Assembly (NCBI GenBank): GCA_947627815.1
Contig: CANQXN010000001.1
Location: 8,857-72,856, forward strand
DNA from: an uncultured Clostridia bacterium
GTDB lineage: Bacteria; Bacillota; Clostridia; Oscillospirales; CAG-272
Direction of reading: 5' to 3'
Length of the DNA stretch: 64,000 nucleotides
The position numbers and the translations under genes are program-made. Positions 16,414-25,980 of this stretch are shown piece by piece. Every line of letters begins with the position of its first letter. The stretch's first letter is position 1. The notes beneath the pieces are model-generated. The model had not been told where the DNA came from. It was given only the letters and a program-made list of their open reading frames with translations, and did no database searches.

Positions 16414-17784
16414 TCAAAGGTTGCCGGCAAGAAACGCTTTATAGCCGAGATAGGTTTCATAGACATCGGCTTTGGCGACGATTTCCATGGGGGCGTGCAT
16501 ATTGAGTACCGCGATGCCCGCGTCTATGACATTCATATTATACTTGCCGAGAATGTAAGCGATTGTGCCGCCGCCGCCCTGATCGACTTTGCCGAGTTCC
16601 GCGGTCTGGAAATGGACATCCGCTTCATCCATGACCCGACGGATCCACGCCACATATTCGGGGTTGGCGTCATTGGAGCCGGATTTGCCGCGCGATCCGG
16701 TATATTTGTTGAAAACAATGCCGGCGTTGAGATAGGCTGCGTTTTTGGCGTCATTCACCTCGGGGAACAGCGGGTCAAAGCCCGCGCTGACATCGCTGGA
16801 AAGCATTCTGGCGTTGGCCAGCGCTTTTTTCAGAGAAAGATAGGAAGTATCGCCGGATTTGCAGAGCAGTTCAGCGATGATGTTTTCAAAAAACACGGAG
16901 GAAGCGCCGGTAGCGCCGACACTGCCGATTTCTTCTTTATCTACTAAGATGCAGCAAGTGGTATATTCCTGCGCGCCGGCATCCAGAAGGGCGCGCAGCG
17001 AGGTATACCCGCAAACTCTGTCATCGTGGCCGTATCCCGCGATCATGCTTCTGTCAAGTCCGTAGTCTCGGCTGGGGCCGGCAGGCACCACTTCAATTTC
17101 AGCGGAAAGAAAATCTTCTTCCTCTATGCCGTATTTTTCCTTGAGCAACTTCATGATATTGGCTTTGACGGTATCTTTTTCTTCGCCTGCCAGCGGAATC
17201 GAGCCGACCATAACATCTAACTTTTCGCCTTCTATGACAGAGGCGGCGGGCTTGTTCATCTGATTGCCGGAAAGATGGATCAGAAGATCGCTGATCCCCA
17301 CGACAGGATCGCCGTCGGCGTCGCCGATACTGACATCGACCGTCGAGCCGTCCTTCTTGCAGACAACGCCGTGAAGCGCCAGCGGAATGGTCACATACTG
17401 ATATTTTTTGATTCCGCCGTAATAGTGCGTGTCCAAGAGCGCAAACCCGTTGGATTCGTAAAGCGGATTTTGCTTCAGATCGAGCCGAGGCGAGTCAATG
17501 TGGGCACCAAGAATGCGCATTCCTTCGGTCAAGGGCTTTTCGCCGATCACAAACAGCGCGATGTTTTTTCCCATATTGACAAAATAGACTTTATCGCCCG
17601 CTTTGAGCGAAGAAAGACGATCGAAGGGGACAAACCCGGCCGCTTCGGCAAGCGCGACGCTTTCTTTTACACAGAGGCGTTCGGTTTTGCTCTTGGTGAG
17701 GAAGTCGGCATATTCTTTACCGAAGGTAAAGATCGCTTCCCTTTTTTCATCGGAAATGTCTTTCCAGATATTTTTTGCGTACAT
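16414..17784 (-). CDS. M18-family aminopeptidase
   Basis: MYAKNIWKDISDEKREAIFTFGKEYADFL...GAHIDSPRLDLK...GYGHDDRVC...VDKEEIGS...NMHAP. Start moved to ATG 17784 downstream of GGAGGT. Confidence 0.85.
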   Translation of the reverse strand: MYAKNIWKDISDEKREAIFTFGKEYADFLTKSKTERLCVKESVALAEAAGFVPFDRLSSLKAGDKVYFVNMGKNIALFVIGEKPLTEGMRILGAHIDSPRLDLKQNPLYESNGFALLDTHYYGGIKKYQYVTIPLALHGVVCKKDGSTVDVSIGDADGDPVVGISDLLIHLSGNQMNKPAASVIEGEKLDVMVGSIPLAGEEKDTVKANIMKLLKEKYGIEEEDFLSAEIEVVPAGPSRDYGLDRSMIAGYGHDDRVCGYTSLRALLDAGAQEYTTCCILVDKEEIGSVGATGASSVFFENIIAELLCKSGDTSYLSLKKALANARMLSSDVSAGFDPLFPEVNDAKNAAYLNAGIVFNKYTGSRGKSGSNDANPEYVAWIRRVMDEADVHFQTAELGKVDQGGGGTIAYILGKYNMNVIDAGIAVLNMHAPMEIVAKADVYETYLGYKAFLAGNL

Positions 17785-17875
17785 ATTCATACCTCCGTTT
17801 TGTTTGATTTCTTGTATATTGTACCGCATCATAGTTGATTTCGTATGGCGCGGATAAATATCACATAAAAATGAG

Positions 17876-18541
17876 TCAGTCATAAATGCCGCGATACTCA
17901 TCGCGAAAAGAATTGACATTTCGGACATAGGCGGCGGTTTCCCGATTGGGGATCGCGGTCAATTTGCCGTCTTGGGCATATTGTTCCTCTTTCAGCCATT
18001 TCCAGACATTCCCCATGCCGGCATTATAAGCGGCAAGCGCTGTATCGTAGTCATGAAAAATGTCATACAGATAGGCAAGATAACAAGTGCCGCAACGAAT
18101 GTTGATGGCGGGATCGAAAAGATCTTCGGTGCTATAGTTGGTTTTCAACATGCGGTTGATATCGAGCAAGGCGGTTTTCGGCATGATCTGCATCAGACCG
18201 CGCGCGCCGACATCCGACACGGCATTGGGGTCAAAATCGCTTTCCGCCCGAATCACCGCAAGAATGAGATCGACAGGAAAGGAAAACTCGTTTGCGCTTT
18301 CAAGAACATAGGCTTTGTAGGCGGCGGGCGAACCGATATTTCGAGCACGCAGGCTGTTTCTATACAGAATTACCGTCAGCATGGCCAAGGCGGCGATAAT
18401 AAGAAGGATCAGCAAAATAACAAGAGCGTAGCTCCCCTTAGGTTTTGCGGCATCTTCTTTCACCATCGAGCGCTTGTTTCGCTTTTTCCCTGCCGTTTTT
18501 CTTCTGTCGGGCGCCGATTTATGAGAGCGGCGTTCATTCAT
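17876..18541 (-). CDS. Membrane-anchored lytic transglycosylase (SLT domain)
   Basis: N-terminal basic region plus TM, then AVIRAESDFDPNAVSDVGARGLMQIMP...AAYNAG. Confidence 0.85.
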   Translation of the reverse strand: MNERRSHKSAPDRRKTAGKKRNKRSMVKEDAAKPKGSYALVILLILLIIAALAMLTVILYRNSLRARNIGSPAAYKAYVLESANEFSFPVDLILAVIRAESDFDPNAVSDVGARGLMQIMPKTALLDINRMLKTNYSTEDLFDPAINIRCGTCYLAYLYDIFHDYDTALAAYNAGMGNVWKWLKEEQYAQDGKLTAIPNRETAAYVRNVNSFRDEYRGIYD

Positions 18542-19136
18542 GCTGCCATAGTCCCTCTTTTTTCAGTACATCTATCACTTGTTTTTCCGGATCGTCGTTT
18601 TCGGAATTATCGATCACATATTGACAATGCTTGCGGAAAAAATCATCGCTGTGTTGGTTTGACAGCAGGCGAAGCGCGTTTTCCTCGGTGCGATTGTCGC
18701 GAGCCATGATTCTTTTGACTTTTTCCTTGTGGTCGGCGATCACGGCGATCAGGCAGTCACAGGAGCGGTCAAGACCCGCTTCAAACAAGGTGGGGGCGTC
18801 GAGAAGCAGGCCTTGGCAGCCCGCTGTTTCATAGGAACGCCTGACGGTTTCGTATCGTTCGGCAATGAAAGGAAACACCGTTTGATTTAGCAACGACAGT
18901 TTGCGCGGATCCGAAAAAACCATGCCGCCCAAGCGGACGCGATCAACGGCGCCGGTGCTGTCTAAGATTTCTTTTCCGAATTGAGCGGCGAGCGCTTGCG
19001 TACAGGCGCCCTCTTGCGCGTAGAGCTGATGAACCAGCTTGTCAAAATTGAGAGAAGGGATCCCGTGTTTTTCGAAAATCCGGGCCACATAACTTTTTCC
19101 GCTGCCGGAGGTCCCTGTCAGTCCGAGTATTTTCAT
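18534..19136 (-). CDS. coaE: Dephospho-CoA kinase
   Basis: MKILGLTGTSGSGKSYV P-loop; typical length of 200 aa. Confidence 0.9.
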   Translation of the reverse strand: MKILGLTGTSGSGKSYVARIFEKHGIPSLNFDKLVHQLYAQEGACTQALAAQFGKEILDSTGAVDRVRLGGMVFSDPRKLSLLNQTVFPFIAERYETVRRSYETAGCQGLLLDAPTLFEAGLDRSCDCLIAVIADHKEKVKRIMARDNRTEENALRLLSNQHSDDFFRKHCQYVIDNSENDDPEKQVIDVLKKEGLWQHE

Positions 19137-19167
19137 GACGGCTTCCCTTCTTTTTCCTTTTTAGCTT

Positions 19168-19196
19168 ATTATACTACATTTATTTTGGGAATTCAA
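19168..19196 (-). promoter_or_regulatory. Sigma-A type promoter upstream of coaE
   Basis: Minus strand: TTGAAT (19196-19191), 17-nt spacer, TATAAT (19173-19168). Confidence 0.6.
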
Positions 19197-19257
19197 TAGA
19201 ACTTCAACAAGTTTTATCGGAAATCCTTGCAAGAGAACAAGAGAAACCGAGATGGTT

Positions 19258-19782
19258 TCAATTGAGAAGAACCACGCAGAAATTCAGAACAAAAGCGAAA
19301 ACAAACCAGAGAACCACCGGCACCATCATAATGGCGGAAAGATAACTTCCAGAGGCATAAGAGCGCAATGTCATAAGCGAGAGGAAAAGAATGGCGCCGC
19401 AGAGAATCAGAGAAAAAAGGAAAAGTCTTGCGGAGAAAAAGACGGGATACCAACTGACGATCGCCAGCATCAACAGAGAAAACCAAAGAATCGATTGGAG
19501 TTTAGCGCGTTTGCCGCCATGACGGCAGGGCGAGATCGCGATCCCGAAGGAAGCGCCGAGCAAGGCGAAAACGATGATCCATACGATCACAAATACCAAG
19601 GCCGGCGGCGCGAATCGCGGCAGGAGCAGCATACCGTAGAGTTTGGGGCGTCCGCCTAAGAGAAAGGAAAACAAACCGAGCAGAAAAGCGCCGAGCGCGC
19701 CAAACAGCGCGTATTTCAGATTAGCGCAGCGAAATTCCCTTTTCACATAAACAATTACTTTCAATGAAATCACCTCGCACAT
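19258..19782 (-). CDS. tspO: TspO/MBR family membrane protein
   Basis: LPRFAPPALVFVIVWIIVFALLG, WYPVFF and VPVVLWFVFAFVLN match TspO signature helices. Start is uncertain: ATG 19782, or TTG 19764, which has GAGGTG 6 nt upstream. Confidence 0.75.
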   Translation of the reverse strand: MCEVISLKVIVYVKREFRCANLKYALFGALGAFLLGLFSFLLGGRPKLYGMLLLPRFAPPALVFVIVWIIVFALLGASFGIAISPCRHGGKRAKLQSILWFSLLMLAIVSWYPVFFSARLFLFSLILCGAILFLSLMTLRSYASGSYLSAIMMVPVVLWFVFAFVLNFCVVLLN

Positions 19783-19796
19783 ATTTATGCGAGGTG
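19771..19796 (-). promoter_or_regulatory. Intercistronic hairpin covering the tspO Shine-Dalgarno sequence
   Basis: CACCTCGC (19771-19778) / GCGAGGTG (19789-19796) form an 8-bp stem 18 nt after the PBP stop. The 3' arm on the minus strand is the GAGGTG SD. Confidence 0.45.
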
Positions 19797-19813
19797 AAGG
19801 CCGAATATTTCGG

Positions 19814-22171
19814 TCAGGAAACCGCCGCCGGCAAATGCCGCGTGCAGAATCGATTATAAGGAGAGGAAGTGCTGCTTTTGCCCATAAAGACATCATCGGG
19901 AACATAATTCTGATAGTATGGCTCTGATAACCCCATATAGGGCAGATAGGCGGCGGGCAGTTTCATGGCGGTATACTCGGCGTCCGTTATTGTGATCGAA
20001 AAAGGAAAGGATCTGTCCACGAGCAAAAACCCCTTTTTTGTCAACGATTCCCAAGGGCAGGCCGATCCCGCAATCCCCTCGCCTTCGGTGCAATAATCCA
20101 GAAGAATATGCGTCTCACAAAGCGTTTTCGGCAATGTGGTTACCGTAAAGAAGCCGATTTTGGACTGTGAGCCGCGGGGATCCGCCAGACAGGCCTCGGT
20201 AGGAATACCGCCGGAACATGCGCAGTAATGCGCTTCGACCAACAGGCCGAAATCAAACTCCTTTGTTGGCGTTTCTTTTTGTTTTGTGATTTCTGTCATG
20301 ATCTCATCCCAAACCCGAATGTGCTTTTTTAACGATATTTTGGAAAGAGAGGCGGGGGTATCATACCCAAGCCAGATACCGGCGAGATAATCGGGCGTAT
20401 ATCCGACAAACCAGCGGTCGCGATTGTCATCGGTGGTGCCGGTTTTTCCCGCCACATCGCAAAGATCGTTCAATTCTGTAATGCCTCCGTGGGCCGTGCC
20501 GCCGCTTTCGGAAATCACCTTGGTCAAAAGCTTAGTCAGCGTTTGCGTCGTTTCTTCGGATAGCACGATTTCTCCTTTTGCGGTGTTATCCACAATGACA
20601 TTTCCGCTGCGGTCAAGTATTTTCAATACCGTTCGGCCTTGAGAATAAATGCCGTCATTAGCCAAAGCGGTGTAACCGCTGACCAGAGAGGCGAGCGAAA
20701 CGCCATATTTCATGCCGCCCATGGCCAAAGCGGAAGCAGATCGGTCTTCCGTATCATCTAATGTGGTAAAGCCCAATTGTTCGGTGAGAAACTGATAGGA
20801 GGCGTCGATTCCCAATTGATCCAGCACTTTGACGCTGACCGTGTTGAGCGAGCGGGAGATAGCATATTCCAAAGAAACAAGTCCCGCATACACGCCGGAA
20901 GCGTTGTGCGGCCAGTAGGTTCTCTTTGCGGTGTCAAAACGAACCGGCGTATCGTCAAAGGCGGAACCGTAATGAATCAGTCCGGCCTCCAGTGCCGGCG
21001 CATATACCGACAGAGGCTTGATCGAAGAACCCGGGGAGCGCAGTGTCTGAACCGCCCGGTTTAATACCCGACTTCCCTGTTTGTCTCCCAGACCGCCGGC
21101 CAGCGCAAGAATGTTGCCGGTCTTAGGGTCCATAACGACAAACGCCGACTGTACGCCTTCGGCGCCGAAGAGGTCGGCATCGGCATAATACCGTTCCACG
21201 ATGGCTTGAAGAGACGGGTCTTCCGCTATGATGATACGGTATCCGCCGTTATAAAGGTATTGCAACGCCACCTGGCGGGAGACGCTTAAAGTGTCGGAAA
21301 GCAGTGCTATCGCCTCGTCAATGACAGCATCGGTATACCAGGAAGTAGTCACACTCGCCGTATGCTGACTGTTGACAGAGAGCGTCAGCTCTTTGCCGTA
21401 TGCCTCTTGAAATTCATCGGCGGAAATAAATCCCTGCGCATACATTTCTTCGAGGATCAGGTTGCGCCGTTCGGCGTTATTTTCGGGGTGAAGAATGGGA
21501 TTCCATTTGGTGGGCGCTTGAGTAATGGCGGCGATGGCTGCGGATTCGATTAAGGTCAATTGGGAGATGTCTTTGTTGAAATAAATCTCTGCGGCCGCTT
21601 TGACGCCGTATGCGCCCTGCGATAAATAGATGGTGTTCAGATATAACTCCAAAATATCATCTTTGGACAGTTCTTTTTCAAGAGCGATGGCCCGCATGAT
21701 TTCTTCTAACTTCCGATGAACGGTGATTTCATCTTCTCCGGTGATGTTTTTGATTAGTTGCTGGGTAATGGTAGAGCCGCCCGGCGTGGAGCCGGAAGAA
21801 AACAAATATTTCCAGGCGGCTTTGACGGTCGTGATAAAATCAAAGCCTTTATGGCTGTAAAAACGCTTATCTTCAATCGCAATAAACGCGTTTTCCAGAT
21901 TATCCGGGATATCTTCCAGCGTGGCATATTCATTGTATTTGCCGGAAACGAGTTCTCCCGCTCCCACCTCGGACAAGCCTTGTTCCGTGACGGCGTACAT
22001 TTGAGACGGATTGCCCTGATTGCCGGATAAAAGGACAATATTCGAAACATCGGTGTCTATCTGTGTATGAATATACACGGTAAAAACCACGGTGCCGATC
22101 ACGGTGATAACCAAAAAAACCGAGCCGACGATCAAAAAAACGCGCAGAGCCGTTCTGCCGAACTTTTTCAT
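19814..22171 (-). CDS. Class A penicillin-binding protein (PBP1A; glycosyltransferase plus transpeptidase)
   Basis: GT51 motifs: IAIEDKRFYSHKGFD, GGSTITQQLIKN, RKLEE. Transpeptidase motifs: SPGSSIKP, SLN, KTGTT. There is a ~150-aa Cys-rich C-terminal extension. Confidence 0.92.
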   Translation of the reverse strand: MKKFGRTALRVFLIVGSVFLVITVIGTVVFTVYIHTQIDTDVSNIVLLSGNQGNPSQMYAVTEQGLSEVGAGELVSGKYNEYATLEDIPDNLENAFIAIEDKRFYSHKGFDFITTVKAAWKYLFSSGSTPGGSTITQQLIKNITGEDEITVHRKLEEIMRAIALEKELSKDDILELYLNTIYLSQGAYGVKAAAEIYFNKDISQLTLIESAAIAAITQAPTKWNPILHPENNAERRNLILEEMYAQGFISADEFQEAYGKELTLSVNSQHTASVTTSWYTDAVIDEAIALLSDTLSVSRQVALQYLYNGGYRIIIAEDPSLQAIVERYYADADLFGAEGVQSAFVVMDPKTGNILALAGGLGDKQGSRVLNRAVQTLRSPGSSIKPLSVYAPALEAGLIHYGSAFDDTPVRFDTAKRTYWPHNASGVYAGLVSLEYAISRSLNTVSVKVLDQLGIDASYQFLTEQLGFTTLDDTEDRSASALAMGGMKYGVSLASLVSGYTALANDGIYSQGRTVLKILDRSGNVIVDNTAKGEIVLSEETTQTLTKLLTKVISESGGTAHGGITELNDLCDVAGKTGTTDDNRDRWFVGYTPDYLAGIWLGYDTPASLSKISLKKHIRVWDEIMTEITKQKETPTKEFDFGLLVEAHYCACSGGIPTEACLADPRGSQSKIGFFTVTTLPKTLCETHILLDYCTEGEGIAGSACPWESLTKKGFLLVDRSFPFSITITDAEYTAMKLPAAYLPYMGLSEPYYQNYVPDDVFMGKSSTSSPYNRFCTRHLPAAVS

Positions 22172-22254
22172 AAAATCACCTCTATGAAAGTATCGGCAGA
22201 ACGGCTCTGTTTTAGTCGCTATAACAAACGCCCCTGTTTAAATTTGAGACAGCA

Positions 22255-25200
22255 TCAGCGAAGAATAACATTTTCTTCCCCGAGGATTTTTTTCATCGTC
22301 TCTACAACAATACGCGAGGTGCGCAGGCGCGTACCCGTCACTTTGATATATTTCTTTTCCGCGTTGTTATAAAGCACAATTTCCGCATTGGCTTCCTCAA
22401 AGAAAATTCGGATAAGTCCCATGATCCGGCGGTAGGCAGAGCCGCTCATATCCGGCAGGCGAAGAAAGATTTTTTGCGCCGGCAATACTTCCTCGATGGG
22501 GGCTTTGAACGCGGGTCTTGCGGCAAACCGAGCGGGCGGCGCCTCATGGACGGTCGTTCCCGCTTCTGACCTTGCGACAGGGTTTATGCGTGTCGCAGTG
22601 GGTGTTTGTTGACTCTTCTCTGTCACCATCGTTCTGGTGGCGGCGGTTGGCTGCGTTTTTGAATTGGCAAAAGCCTCTGCCGGGGCTACCCTGCCGGAAA
22701 GGTTCGAGCCTGCCGTCTGTTTGGCGGCGGCGTTTAATTTCAACGGGCGCAGGGACTGGACGATCAGTTTGACAGCCTCGTCCTCTCGCGATGTGACGGT
22801 CGCGTTGACCGCAATCGCCTGATCAATTGTAAAAAGATCTCGGTATGCCAGATAGAGTTTGGGAAAGACGATCAGTTCGATTTCGCCAAAATAATCATCT
22901 ACGGTAACAAAGGCCATGACCTCGCCCGACTTCGTGTTCTTGCGCGTTATTTTGGACACAATTCCCACGATGGATACAACATCCTTGTCGTGCATTGTAC
23001 CATATTCTTCGCTTTCCTCATTGAAGGCGGCGTGGATTTTGGTGATGGGCAAGTGCTGTAAAGCGGCAATATCGTCCGAATAGTCGTCCAAAAGATTGCC
23101 GGAAAGATAGATTCCGATGCACTCCTTTTCTAAACGGAGCTTTTGCTGTGCCGTGAGCGGCTCGCATGAGGGGAAAACATAGCCGCTTTCCGCCGTGATA
23201 TCCTCTTCTAGTTGCGAAAAGAGATCGGTTTGGCCGCTCAAATTGCGGTTGGCGGTATTGGACAATTTATTGTGCAACTCTTCCGCAGCCGTGAGGAGGC
23301 GGTTTCTCTCTATGCCCAAGGCGTCAAAAGCGCCCACGCTGATTAAGGCGATAAGCTGCGCTTTGGTGATCCCGTATTTCAGCATCCGTTCGTTGAAGTC
23401 AAGATAAGAAGCAAACGGCTTGAACCGGCGCTCCGCCAGAATATTCTCCACCAAAGAAGTGCCGATCTGCTTGACTCCGGCAAGGCCGAATCGGATGGCA
23501 TCGCCGCTGACCGAAAAATCGACGCCGCTTTCGTTGATATCCGGCGGCAGGACACGAATTTTTTGTTTGGCACATTCGTTGATATACTCGGCAATCTTTT
23601 CGTTTCTTCCCATCACCGAGGAAAGCAAAGAGGCGTAATATGCCAAAGGATAATGAGCTTTCAGATAGGCGGTTCTGTAAGAAATAAAGGCATAAGAGGC
23701 GGCGTGGCTTTTATTGAAAGCATATTTCGCAAAGCCTGCCATCTCATCAAAAAGCGCGGAAGCGTCCTCCTGAGAAATCAAATTGGCTTTGGCGCCTTTC
23801 AGAAAATCGGCGCGTTCCTTTTCCATACCGTCGGCTTTCTTCTTCGCCATGGCGCGCCGGATGATGTCGGCTTTGCCATAAGAGAAGCCGGCCACTTTCC
23901 GGCAAATCTGCATGACTTGTTCCTGATAGATGATGATCCCACTGGTATCATCCAGAATTTCTTTCAGTTGAGGAATTTTATAGGAAATGCGTTCGGGGTG
24001 TTCGCGGTTTTCAAGATACCGTGGAATGGATTCCATGGGACCGGGGCGATAAAGCGAAATAGCCAGTGTGACTTCTTCGATATTGCGCGGCTTCATTTTG
24101 CTGAGCAGCCGTTTGAGTCCTGCGGACTCCAATTGGAAAACGCCGGCCGTCTGCCCTTTGGCGATCAGATCCAGTGTAACGGCATCGTCGGTCGGAATCT
24201 TTTGAATCCGAAATTCAGGTTCGCTTCGCCGGATTATTTTTTCCGCTCTGTCAATGATGGTGAGATTGCGCAGCGCCAGAAAATCAAATTTTAAAAGTCC
24301 AAGCGCCTCCACATTGGTCATATTGAACTGGGTCAGCACGACATCGCCGCTGGTGGTCAGCGGAACATAGTCGGTGAGCGGTTTTGCGGTGATAATTACG
24401 CCGGCCGCGTGAGTCGAAATGTTTCTGGGCATACCCTCCAGCGCCTTGGCTTTTTCGATGAGATCGTTGACTTTGGCGGATTGGCGGCAGAGCGTCCGAA
24501 GCTCGTCGGTCATCAGCTCGTCGATATGGGTGGCTTTGCTGTTATTGAGCATTTTGACGATCTTATCTACCTCGGCATAAGGCATGTCCATGACCCGTCC
24601 CACATCGCGGATCGCCTGCTTGGCCGCCAGTGTGCCGAAAGTAATGATTTGAGACACCCTGTCGCTGCCGTATTTCTGTGTGACATATTCAATTACGGCG
24701 TCCCGTTTATCGTCTCCGAAATCGATATCGAAATCGGGCATGGAGATTCGCTCCGGATTCAGAAACCGTTCGAACAACAGATGATAGCGCAGAGAATCCA
24801 CCTCGGTGATGCCGATCAGATAGGCGACAAGACTGCCCGCGCCGGAACCGCGCCCCGGCCCTACGGCAATCCCGTGCGAGCGGGCATAATTGACAAAATC
24901 CCAGACAATCAGATAATACTGATCGTACCCCATGTTGGAGATGACCAAAAGTTCGTATAGAATCCGCGCCTTATAATCATCCCGCGTGAGTGTGTCATCA
25001 AAGGTGATTTCGCCCGATCGGATTTTGTTTTCCAAGCCCTCGTATGTGAGCTTTTCCAAAAATTTTTTCGGCGTCGTATTTTCCGGGAGCGGATAAACCG
25101 GCAATTGGTTTTTGCCGAAAACAAAATCAAATTGGCATTTTTCGGCGATCCGTACCGTGTTTTCCAATGCCTCCGGCAGATCCCGAAAAAGCGCGTTCAT

Positions 25201-25947
25201 TTCCTCGGTGGAACGGTAATAGAAATCGTTTGTGGCAAAGCCCATGGCGTTGGGGTCTGATAATTTGGTGTTTGTCTGAATGGCGAGTAAGACCGCCTGT
25301 GTTTCGGCATCGCTTTTTTTCAGATAGTGAACATCATTCGTGGCCACAATGGGAATGTCGAGTTTTCTGGCAATTGACAGCGCCTCTTTGTTGACGATTT
25401 CCTGTTCTTCTATCCCATTTCTTTGCAGTTCGATATAAAAGTCATCGCCGAAAAGCCCCTTCAACTCGGCGGCAAAGCGTACGGCTTCTTCTATGTCGTT
25501 TTGGAGAATCGCTTTGCTGATGCGGCCGGAGAGACAGCCGGAAAGACAAATCAACCCCTCGTGATGTTCGCGCAATAGCTCCATATCGATACGCGGCTTG
25601 ACATAAAATCCTTCGGTGAAGGATTTCGAAACCATATAGATTAAATTCTGATAGCCGGTTTGATTTTTTACCAAAAGAATCAGGTGACTGTTGAAATAGG
25701 CTTGCGTCCGTATTTTATTCAACCGGGATGCTTCCGCGAGATATACCTCACACCCGATGATGGGTTGGATCCCTTCTTGCACACAAGCCTTGTAAAAATC
25801 AACGGCGCCGTACATGACACCGTGATCTGTGATTGCTACCGCTTTGTGACCGGCCGCCTTCGCCATACGGGGAATTTCGGCAATACGGCAGGCGCCGTCC
25901 AGAAGACTGTATTCACTATGGAGATGAAGGTGAACAAAATCACTCAT
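22255..25947 (-). CDS. dnaE: DNA polymerase III alpha subunit (DnaE type)
   Basis: PHP domain HLHLHSEYSLLDG, polymerase core (PDFDIDF, GLLKFDFLALRNLT) and an OB fold. Then a low-complexity linker and an extra ~75-aa C-terminal module. Confidence 0.93.
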   Translation of the reverse strand: MSDFVHLHLHSEYSLLDGACRIAEIPRMAKAAGHKAVAITDHGVMYGAVDFYKACVQEGIQPIIGCEVYLAEASRLNKIRTQAYFNSHLILLVKNQTGYQNLIYMVSKSFTEGFYVKPRIDMELLREHHEGLICLSGCLSGRISKAILQNDIEEAVRFAAELKGLFGDDFYIELQRNGIEEQEIVNKEALSIARKLDIPIVATNDVHYLKKSDAETQAVLLAIQTNTKLSDPNAMGFATNDFYYRSTEEMNALFRDLPEALENTVRIAEKCQFDFVFGKNQLPVYPLPENTTPKKFLEKLTYEGLENKIRSGEITFDDTLTRDDYKARILYELLVISNMGYDQYYLIVWDFVNYARSHGIAVGPGRGSGAGSLVAYLIGITEVDSLRYHLLFERFLNPERISMPDFDIDFGDDKRDAVIEYVTQKYGSDRVSQIITFGTLAAKQAIRDVGRVMDMPYAEVDKIVKMLNNSKATHIDELMTDELRTLCRQSAKVNDLIEKAKALEGMPRNISTHAAGVIITAKPLTDYVPLTTSGDVVLTQFNMTNVEALGLLKFDFLALRNLTIIDRAEKIIRRSEPEFRIQKIPTDDAVTLDLIAKGQTAGVFQLESAGLKRLLSKMKPRNIEEVTLAISLYRPGPMESIPRYLENREHPERISYKIPQLKEILDDTSGIIIYQEQVMQICRKVAGFSYGKADIIRRAMAKKKADGMEKERADFLKGAKANLISQEDASALFDEMAGFAKYAFNKSHAASYAFISYRTAYLKAHYPLAYYASLLSSVMGRNEKIAEYINECAKQKIRVLPPDINESGVDFSVSGDAIRFGLAGVKQIGTSLVENILAERRFKPFASYLDFNERMLKYGITKAQLIALISVGAFDALGIERNRLLTAAEELHNKLSNTANRNLSGQTDLFSQLEEDITAESGYVFPSCEPLTAQQKLRLEKECIGIYLSGNLLDDYSDDIAALQHLPITKIHAAFNEESEEYGTMHDKDVVSIVGIVSKITRKNTKSGEVMAFVTVDDYFGEIELIVFPKLYLAYRDLFTIDQAIAVNATVTSREDEAVKLIVQSLRPLKLNAAAKQTAGSNLSGRVAPAEAFANSKTQPTAATRTMVTEKSQQTPTATRINPVARSEAGTTVHEAPPARFAARPAFKAPIEEVLPAQKIFLRLPDMSGSAYRRIMGLIRIFFEEANAEIVLYNNAEKKYIKVTGTRLRTSRIVVETMKKILGEENVILR

Positions 25948-25980
25948 TTTTTCTTCCTTTCCCTTCCCTGGGGTATCATA

